A stretch of DNA of 40,824 nucleotides, taken from positions 1 through 40,824 of the IMG/VR virus record IMGVR_UViG_3300044724_001955. One strand, 5' to 3'. The position numbers were made by a program, and so were the translations under genes. Positions 33,699 through 40,824 of this stretch are shown piece after piece; within the stretch, counting starts at the first letter, position 1, and each line of letters opens with the position of its first letter. The stretch comes from a virus. Taxonomy: Duplodnaviria > Caudoviricetes. Under the pieces are notes generated by a model, which saw only the letters and a list, made by a program, of their open reading frames with translations, did no database searches and was not told the DNA's origin.

Positions 33699-36626
33699 TT
33701 AAATATTCTCTAGCATAGTTAGAATTTTTTCAGGAGTAATTTTATATTTAGATTCTATTAAAGCCATAGGCGCTAAAAGCTTAGCTCTAACTTGAGGATC
33801 TGATAAATCTATTTTTTCTTCAGGTTTAAACCCTGATTGTTTAGCAACCGCAGCAATGTAACTTGCAGTATCGTTGTTGTCTGATATTGGAGCAAAACGT
33901 TCTATAACACCTGTAACAGTATTTATTTTATGTTTTTTACCATAGGTTGTTAAAGTTCTATCTGCTGCACGTACCCCTAACTCAACACTTTCAAATTGTA
34001 AAAAATTATCTTCATCTACACCTGTTTCACCATTAAAATTTTGATCAAAATCTCTAATGTTAAATACATTTTGATTTCTTAATCCTCTAGTAGTATCGCT
34101 ACCTTTAGAAAGTAAAGAAGGTTTATCAACCTCAACAGGTTTTTCTTCTTCTTTATTTAATGCTTGTCTAGATAACGCAGCTTGCGCAGCTTGCTGACGA
34201 TCAATTTCAAATCCTTTTTCTACTGGACTTTCAGATCTTTCTTCTATTAAATTTCTTAACCCAGTTAATCCTGCTCCTACAGCACTTACTACATTAACAG
34301 GATTTAAAGGGTCATTACTAAATTGTTTTTTTAAAGCATCTAAAGATTCATTTGCTCTTTGTTGTTTTACAGTCTCAGTCTCACTCTGAGGTGTAGTTTT
34401 AGGATCAGGTATAGAAGTTGGAGGATTATATCCTTCAGCAAATTTTAATTGTCCTTGTCCTGTTATTTCAAAAGTTTTATCAAAATCTAACTTAGGATTA
34501 TTTTCTTCTATAAAATCACGAATTAAAGTACTTACTGTGTTTTGTTGTAAATTATTATCAGAAGTAGCTTGCCAGTTATTAAATGATTCCATTATACCTG
34601 TAGGAGTTTTATTAGAGTTTAATGCTTTAGTTGTGTCAGCATCAAAAGTAACAATGCCATCATAAACAATAAGACCACCAGCTTTAACAGTATCTTTATT
34701 TTTAAGCCAACTATTGTAAGCTTTAGATACTCTTTCATCACCTTGTACAATTACAGGTTCTTCTGTGTTGTCATCAACAAAAAAGTTTTCAGACTTACTT
34801 AAATAATCTACTATAAATTCATTCATTAAAGCTTTAGTAGCATTCCCACCAAGTATATCGTTAAACCTATCTTGCGTTAACAAACTAGTAGTGTGACCTA
34901 AAAAGTAACCTAACTTTTGTTGTGTTTTTTTAGGGTTACTTCCGTCTTCAACATTTTCTAAATTCTTTTTAAACTCTAAAGTAATATCTGCTGTTGAAGT
35001 AAAATTTTGTATAGCTTGAACAGGATCTATTTTAGTATTTTCAGGATTACCCGGATATATGTTATATCCTTCAAATAATGAAGGAGTGCTTGCCGCAGTA
35101 GCAGTAACAGCAGTAACTAATCTGTCTCTTTTACTAGCACTTTGAGTATTAGCGTTTATATAATCTATTACTTCTGGTAAAGTTTTAAAATTTAGACCGT
35201 CTACAAGTCTCATAGCTAATCTAAAATCAGATCCTGTACCATCTTCTATTGTTAAATTTTCACTTAACGCCATAATTTTATCTGTTATTACACCATAGTT
35301 TATTGATTCACTTGTTTGATTATTTAAGTATTGAAAATTCTTAACTGCTCTAATAGATGCTAGATAATTTTTAGACTCTCTATCTTTTCCATAAAGTGTT
35401 TGTACTTCGTTTTCTAATCTTTTTAATAAATCTGAATTTAAAGACCGTTGCTCAGCTCTTGATGTTCTATCTCCTAAATATGTTTGTACTCTAGAAGTTA
35501 TATCAGAAAGTCCAGTTGAGCTACTAATAGCTAGTTTATATAATTCAGGCATAATATATTTATAGTTCTCAGGAGATAAAGAATCTTTTAGTTGTTCACG
35601 TATGCTACCTATATAATATTGTGCTTCATTAGGATCAGCAGTAGCTACACCTAAAACCATATTACTTACAACACTATTAAACTCATCTGGATCCATATTA
35701 GGATCTGCTTCTGCAATAGATCCTAAAGTATTGTAAAATCTTTCTTTATGTTTAGAGTTGTTTATAACTGAAATAATCTCAGGAGCTATTCCTATTCTTA
35801 GATTACGAGGAGCACTGTTTATTGCTGCTTGCATTTCTTGTTTATTGTCAGGATTTGCTTGTGCTATAGCTGCAATAGCTTTTCTAGCTTCCATTTGAGG
35901 TTGTGTAATAAACTCAGTTCTAAATTGATCAAATGTTTGATCTTGTCTAGAAATATTTCTTCTAGCTCGACCACTTAAAATATCTAGCAACGAAGACTCG
36001 CTACCGTCAAATTTAATTTTCATTTGTCGAGCTTGATTTAAAAAGGGTTCTACTTCATCAACGGTAGCTGCCTCACCACCTAGTATTTTACTTTGTATAG
36101 AACGTAAATCACTTTTATATAAATTCTCAAAAGAAGTTTGTAATTTTTTTAATCGGCTTGCCTCACCTTCTTCTCCAGCAGTTAATTGATTTACATATCT
36201 ATTAAAAGCAGCTTTTGAAACATAGTTTTTATCGTTAGGATTTGCATCCATATATTGTTGCATTTGTGGAGAAGTTCGTAGAGTTCTATTCCACGCAGAC
36301 TCACCATAAACATTTTCAATATCTTGAATATTATTAAAATCAGTACCTGCTGGAGCAAGTGCTTTTAAATCAGAAGATATTTTATTAGTTTTTTTAGCTT
36401 TTATTAAATCTTTATGTGCTCTAGCTGTTTCAAACATGTTTTGTATGTTGTCAGTATCTACTTTTTGATTAAGTTGATCTACTTCATAATTTTTCCACAA
36501 AGAACCTACGACACCTAACAATGCCTGATTGCGTCTTCTAGATCTGCTAGGGCCTTTTTGTCTTCCGCCTATATTCATTCCTGCTACAGATTCAACAATT
36601 CCAAGCCATTTATCTTTATCACTCAT
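33699..36626 (-). CDS. Internal virion protein with C-terminal lysozyme-like domain
   Basis: 975 aa; C-terminal RGLRNQNVFNIR...FLQFES.ELGVRA...ERFAP.SDNNDT.SY...MALIES resembles the RNNNPGNI family. Confidence 0.65.
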   Translation of the reverse strand: MSDKDKWLGIVESVAGMNIGGRQKGPSRSRRRNQALLGVVGSLWKNYEVDQLNQKVDTDNIQNMFETARAHKDLIKAKKTNKISSDLKALAPAGTDFNNIQDIENVYGESAWNRTLRTSPQMQQYMDANPNDKNYVSKAAFNRYVNQLTAGEEGEASRLKKLQTSFENLYKSDLRSIQSKILGGEAATVDEVEPFLNQARQMKIKFDGSESSLLDILSGRARRNISRQDQTFDQFRTEFITQPQMEARKAIAAIAQANPDNKQEMQAAINSAPRNLRIGIAPEIISVINNSKHKERFYNTLGSIAEADPNMDPDEFNSVVSNMVLGVATADPNEAQYYIGSIREQLKDSLSPENYKYIMPELYKLAISSSTGLSDITSRVQTYLGDRTSRAEQRSLNSDLLKRLENEVQTLYGKDRESKNYLASIRAVKNFQYLNNQTSESINYGVITDKIMALSENLTIEDGTGSDFRLAMRLVDGLNFKTLPEVIDYINANTQSASKRDRLVTAVTATAASTPSLFEGYNIYPGNPENTKIDPVQAIQNFTSTADITLEFKKNLENVEDGSNPKKTQQKLGYFLGHTTSLLTQDRFNDILGGNATKALMNEFIVDYLSKSENFFVDDNTEEPVIVQGDERVSKAYNSWLKNKDTVKAGGLIVYDGIVTFDADTTKALNSNKTPTGIMESFNNWQATSDNNLQQNTVSTLIRDFIEENNPKLDFDKTFEITGQGQLKFAEGYNPPTSIPDPKTTPQSETETVKQQRANESLDALKKQFSNDPLNPVNVVSAVGAGLTGLRNLIEERSESPVEKGFEIDRQQAAQAALSRQALNKEEEKPVEVDKPSLLSKGSDTTRGLRNQNVFNIRDFDQNFNGETGVDEDNFLQFESVELGVRAADRTLTTYGKKHKINTVTGVIERFAPISDNNDTASYIAAVAKQSGFKPEEKIDLSDPQVRAKLLAPMALIESKYKITPEKILTMLENI

Positions 36627-36647
36627 TTAAAATACTCCGTAAATAAA

Positions 36648-37214
36648 TTATGCTGGTTTTTGAAGCAAACTAGCTTTAGGAATTTCTGCTGTTTCGATGC
36701 TTTCAAGAATTTCTGTAGGTACACTTTCTTTTTTAACTGGCGGCATTTTCATACCTTTAAAAGTCATGTCTTGATTAATATCTTTAGCTACGTCTTTTAC
36801 AAATTGATCTGCATCTTCTTCATCTAACTCTTGGTTTTCACCTTGGTAAATTTCGTAATCTCCAATACCTGCTCTTTCTGCTATAGCCATAATAATAATT
36901 ATAGTAGGCTCTGCGAGTAGCAGCATTAACTCAGTATTCCATTTACCATCTCTCCAACCTTTTTCTAAAAGCATTTGAGCTACAGTAATAATATCGTAAG
37001 CACCTTCAGCAAGTATTTCTACAAGAGCTAAAAGTTTTTCTTTCTGAATTAACGAAATATAAATATCATCAAGAGCATCTTTAACTGTTACAAACTCAGG
37101 AGGTTTTTCCCATGCGTAATTACCCGGAGGGTTAGTTAAAGACTGTCCGGGTACAGGGCCTTCAAAAGGTTTAACCATTGCTACTACATCTTGATTTATA
37201 TCTGTATCTGCCAT
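36648..37214 (-). CDS. Conserved acidic virion-module protein
   Basis: 188 aa; PVPGQSLT.PP...WEKPP motif; AAAGGA SD. Confidence 0.7.
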   Translation of the reverse strand: MADTDINQDVVAMVKPFEGPVPGQSLTNPPGNYAWEKPPEFVTVKDALDDIYISLIQKEKLLALVEILAEGAYDIITVAQMLLEKGWRDGKWNTELMLLLAEPTIIIIMAIAERAGIGDYEIYQGENQELDEEDADQFVKDVAKDINQDMTFKGMKMPPVKKESVPTEILESIETAEIPKASLLQKPA

Positions 37215-37230
37215 TTTAATATTCCTTTAT

Positions 37231-38535
37231 TTAACCGTAACGTCCAGCATTCATGCCTCCGCCACCATAAGCATAGGACATTCCTGCATTGTTATTAATA
37301 GACATAAGTTGTTTAAAATAATCAGGGCTTGACCAATCCATTTGGATATACATATCAGCAGGGCCTTGACTTAAAGGTTGCATAGCTATAGCTTCTGATG
37401 ATTGTCCTAACTGTTGTGCTATAGATCTAGCTTGATAGTTAGGTGTAAAAGGTTCTTCAGGAGGCTCTGCAAGCAACGAAGCAGCAGTAGTTACCCCTGT
37501 ATATGCTGTACCTACTGCTGATCTACGACCTAAAAATCCTCCTACTCTGCCTCCAGTTACTTCACCAATAGAAGTATCCATTATTTGCTTACCTACATTA
37601 GCAGTGCTTTCTAACAAGTTTTTACCGCCTCTAAAAGCATCGCCTAAACTAGAAAATTCTGTAGATCCATATTCTACAGGAGCTTTAAAAGTAGAAGTTA
37701 AGTTTTGAAAATTAGTTTCATATAAAGCACGATTAGCTTTGTTAGCTAAAAATTCTGTGCGAGCTGCTGGCGTAGAATTAGCCCATGCAATTTGCTGATT
37801 CATTTGAGTTGAACTTAATGCTTGTCCTTCAATAGTTTTCGTAGGTAATTTAGTTATCGGCTTTAAAAGATCTAATTTTGCATTAGCTGCATCATCAAAT
37901 GTCCCGCTAAATACCTCTGTTAATTGGTCTGGATTATCAAAAGCAACATTTACTTTAGGTACAGCAGCATCTAATACAGGAACACCAGCATCTCCTACAG
38001 CAGCAGCAGTTTGATCTACTACAGCTTTAGTAGAAACTGAACTTGGAGCTTTTTGTTGAGTCAATGTTTTTAATCTATTAGTTTTTAATTCTTCTACTAA
38101 TTTAGCTGAGTTTTCAGCTATTGAACCAGATACAACATTAGTAGCTGCGCTATTTGCAGCTAAGTTTGTTCCTACTGCTGCTAAATCATCTAAAGAACTT
38201 ATAACAACTTGACCTGTTGTTTCTCTTAAAGCACCTTCCGTAACTGTTTTTGTTAAAGCTTTACCTGCTCCTTGTACTGCTTGGTCAGCTAAACTTGCTG
38301 CAACCTTTCCAGATTCAGCCACTACTTGTCCACTAAGATCTACTGCTGCTCCTGTAGCTGCTGTTTGAGTAGCTGCTCCTGCTACTCCTTTATATAAACT
38401 TGCAAAAATACTTCCTATATTCCAAGCTAATAAAACACCACCCATAATTTTACCAATTTTAGAATTCATAAATTTTCCAATTTTTCTGAATCCTCTTTTA
38501 AGTTCCTTGCCAATTTTTTTAAAAAAACTTTTCAT
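37231..38535 (-). CDS. Putative internal virion protein
   Basis: 434 aa; basic amphipathic N-terminus (FFKKIGKELKRGFRKIGK) then hydrophobic Ala/Gly-rich segments. Confidence 0.6.
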   Translation of the reverse strand: MKSFFKKIGKELKRGFRKIGKFMNSKIGKIMGGVLLAWNIGSIFASLYKGVAGAATQTAATGAAVDLSGQVVAESGKVAASLADQAVQGAGKALTKTVTEGALRETTGQVVISSLDDLAAVGTNLAANSAATNVVSGSIAENSAKLVEELKTNRLKTLTQQKAPSSVSTKAVVDQTAAAVGDAGVPVLDAAVPKVNVAFDNPDQLTEVFSGTFDDAANAKLDLLKPITKLPTKTIEGQALSSTQMNQQIAWANSTPAARTEFLANKANRALYETNFQNLTSTFKAPVEYGSTEFSSLGDAFRGGKNLLESTANVGKQIMDTSIGEVTGGRVGGFLGRRSAVGTAYTGVTTAASLLAEPPEEPFTPNYQARSIAQQLGQSSEAIAMQPLSQGPADMYIQMDWSSPDYFKQLMSINNNAGMSYAYGGGGMNAGRYG

Positions 38536-38539
38536 ATTT

Positions 38540-40824
38540 TTATCCTATTAAACCTAATAATATATTAATACTTGACTTCATATTAGTGTTCCATTTGGAA
38601 TCATCAAAAGTATTATCTGCTGCGCCTAAAGCAGCAACAACAATAGAAGCTGCTCTTGACTCAGCACTTTCATAAGCTTTAAATTCATAATCTGCTTGAT
38701 CTCTCATTTCTTGATTTAAAAATGCCAATGATTGTGTAGATAATTTAAAACTATTAGAAGCATTTTGCATATTAATAGCATTGGTAGTTGCTGTATCTAT
38801 TTCGTTTCTTCGTCTTTTATCAGCTATATCTGCTGCTTCAACTGCTGCCGCATTAGTAGCATTAAAAGCATCTCTATTATTTCTTGCTTGTTCATTAAAC
38901 TTAGACATGTCTTGTTTCATACTAGCATTAAACTTTTCATAGTCTGATAAACGATTAGCATCTCTAGCTTCTGCTGAATTTTTAGAATTAGCGTTAAACT
39001 GTTTCATACCATTTATAGCAGCAGTATTAGTAAGTTCTATTTCTTTAGCTATGTTAGCCATAAACAAATCTACATCTTGTTCAGATTTAGCACCAAACTG
39101 CCTAGCTATGTTTTCAGCAGATTGGTCAGAAAGTAATCTTTGTTGTGACAACTGTTGATCCATAATTAAAGCTTGCTGCTCATTATTTAAGTTAGCCATG
39201 TCCATTTTTAAAAAGTTTTGAGCATTAGTAATAGCTAATTTAGTTCTTTGATCAGCAGCCGCTAAATCCATAGATGCTAAAGCTGTAGCATTTTGCATAG
39301 CTTCTTGTTGTCTAGCATCAAAATCTTTTACAGTCATTGATTTCATAAACTGACTATTAGCCATAGCCATTTGTTGATTAGCATCAAACTGCTTCATATC
39401 TAAGTTAGCATCAATTTGAGCATTAAACATAGATGCTTGTTGCTCGTTACTAAGATTAGCCAAGCCCATTTGCTGTGCTAAATTAGCATTAAGCTGTGCT
39501 GCACCCATCTGTTTTTCGTAACGCTGCAACTCTGCTACATTTTCAGCACTCATACTTTCAGAAGCTGCTTTATTTTGTTCACTAAGATTTGCTAAAGAAA
39601 TCTTTTCTTCCATAGAAAGATTTGCAAGATCTGCTTGCTGTAGTAACTGTTCATTCTGTGACATAGTTTGAACATACTGATTTAATTTTTCAGATCTAAG
39701 TCTGTTTTCAGCAGTCATATTAGCTGAATCTGTAGCAGCTTTTTCAGCTAGGTTAGCAAGCTCCATTTGTTGCTCGTTACCTAAATTAGCCAGATCCATT
39801 TGTTGAGCCATAGCAGCATTAGTCTTTCTAAAGTCTACTAAGACATTTAAGTTAGCTAATCTTGTTTGCTGTTCAGCAGTCATGTTAGCTCTAGAAGTTG
39901 TATTCTTTTCAGCTAACTCAGACAGTTCTATTTTTAATTTAGAATCAAGATTTACTTCTTCCATACGCTGATTAAGTTCAGCTTGTCTTACTGATCTAGC
40001 TACTTTCTGATTAAGCTCTTGCATCCTAAACTGGTTGTCGGCTGTAAAGTTTGCAGAATCTTTAGCAGCTCTGTCTTGCAACATAGCCAATTCCATTTGC
40101 TGCTCATTAGACATGTTAGCCATATCCATCTGTTGAGCAAACTGTGCATCTCCTTTTCTAAACTCTACAAGAGTCTGTAGGTTAGTTAGCTCTTCTTGGT
40201 TTTCTACTGTCATTGTATCTTTAGCAGCGGCATTCATTTCTGATAAATTAGCAAGTCGCAACTGTAAAGAAGAGTTTAAGTTGGCTTTTTCCATGTCTTG
40301 CTTTAAGTCTGCTTGACGCATAACCTTAGCAATCTGAGCATTGTAACCAGTTAAACGGGCTTGTTGCTCAGCACTCATGCTTTCGGAATCAGCAGCATTC
40401 ATGGCTTGTAGATTTGCTAGATCCATTTGAGCATTAGTATTTAATTCAGCTATAGCAGCTTGTTGACGCTGTGCAGACTCTTGTTGTGCTTTCTGTTGAG
40501 CAGCTTGAAAAGTAGCCATCTCAGTTTGTTGTTCTTGCTGCGCTGAAGTAATAGTTGCTTGCTGCTTAAAGCTGCCTTGCTGTACTTTAATTTCTTGTGC
40601 CATAGAAGCTGTTTGAGAAGCAGCAGTTTGACGATTAGCAAGGTTCTGCATACGTACAGTCATAGTATTCTGAGCAGATGCTAAGTTAGCTTGTTGTTGA
40701 TTACTAAGGTTCTGCTGTGCTCGCTGCTGTAGGGCCTGTGCGTTGCTCTGAGCCATAGGTAGAGCACTTTGAATAATAGCATTAAACAAAGCGTCACGGC
40801 CTACAGTAGACGCTGACAAGCCTC
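38540..40824 (-). CDS. Long Gln/Ala/Asn-rich helical internal virion protein (5' end outside window)
   Basis: The frame is open to the window edge (...GLSASTVGRDALFNAIIQSALPMAQ) and contains internal repeats such as AQQMDxANLxNEQQMELA. Confidence 0.7.
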   Translation of the reverse strand, partial: GLSASTVGRDALFNAIIQSALPMAQSNAQALQQRAQQNLSNQQQANLASAQNTMTVRMQNLANRQTAASQTASMAQEIKVQQGSFKQQATITSAQQEQQTEMATFQAAQQKAQQESAQRQQAAIAELNTNAQMDLANLQAMNAADSESMSAEQQARLTGYNAQIAKVMRQADLKQDMEKANLNSSLQLRLANLSEMNAAAKDTMTVENQEELTNLQTLVEFRKGDAQFAQQMDMANMSNEQQMELAMLQDRAAKDSANFTADNQFRMQELNQKVARSVRQAELNQRMEEVNLDSKLKIELSELAEKNTTSRANMTAEQQTRLANLNVLVDFRKTNAAMAQQMDLANLGNEQQMELANLAEKAATDSANMTAENRLRSEKLNQYVQTMSQNEQLLQQADLANLSMEEKISLANLSEQNKAASESMSAENVAELQRYEKQMGAAQLNANLAQQMGLANLSNEQQASMFNAQIDANLDMKQFDANQQMAMANSQFMKSMTVKDFDARQQEAMQNATALASMDLAAADQRTKLAITNAQNFLKMDMANLNNEQQALIMDQQLSQQRLLSDQSAENIARQFGAKSEQDVDLFMANIAKEIELTNTAAINGMKQFNANSKNSAEARDANRLSDYEKFNASMKQDMSKFNEQARNNRDAFNATNAAAVEAADIADKRRRNEIDTATTNAINMQNASNSFKLSTQSLAFLNQEMRDQADYEFKAYESAESRAASIVVAALGAADNTFDDSKWNTNMKSSINILLGLIG

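Noticed and set aside
26335-40641. Short nested or antisense ORFs (26335, 29016, 30456, 31659, 33531, 36558, 38765, 40450)
   Set aside because: Shadows of the minus-strand virion and lysis genes.
1-40824. tRNA, rRNA, reverse transcriptase/DGR, introns, single-subunit RNA polymerase
   Set aside because: None recognised; the polymerase, terminase and capsid frames are uninterrupted. The part of the genome outside the window cannot be judged.

Overview
Near-complete genome of a lytic, T7-replisome-type podovirus. No single-subunit RNA polymerase, integrase, tRNA or ribonucleotide reductase is visible in the window. The two-arm layout resembles Zobellviridae/cobavirus (SIO1-like) marine phages (inference). 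The + arm (11.9-25.4 kb) carries early and replication genes: DUF932, SSB, primase-helicase, PolA, HNH, PD-(D/E)xK exonuclease, endonuclease I and DUF3310. The - arm carries packaging, head and tail genes (11.2 kb to base 1), then internal virion proteins and lysis genes (40.8 kb to 25.4 kb). Both window ends fall inside genes, so the tail-fibre region is probably missing. The likely physical terminus lies in the 11.2-11.86 kb non-coding region. Main observations: (1) a phage copy of the RNA polymerase alpha-CTD with Cys at the R265 position, fused to a tandemly duplicated unknown domain; (2) a protein in the usual prohead-protease slot carrying the lambda gpH-like C-terminal motif, with recurring x-x-x-GG motifs that delimit modules in several virion proteins; (3) several unexplained repeated nucleic-acid elements, namely a 25-bp early-region repeat, two covarying pseudoknots, three GGCUAC-stem-CCCC hairpins at the scaffold gene and a 103-nt hairpin favoured on the minus strand. 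All family assignments come from motif recognition by eye; no searches were run.
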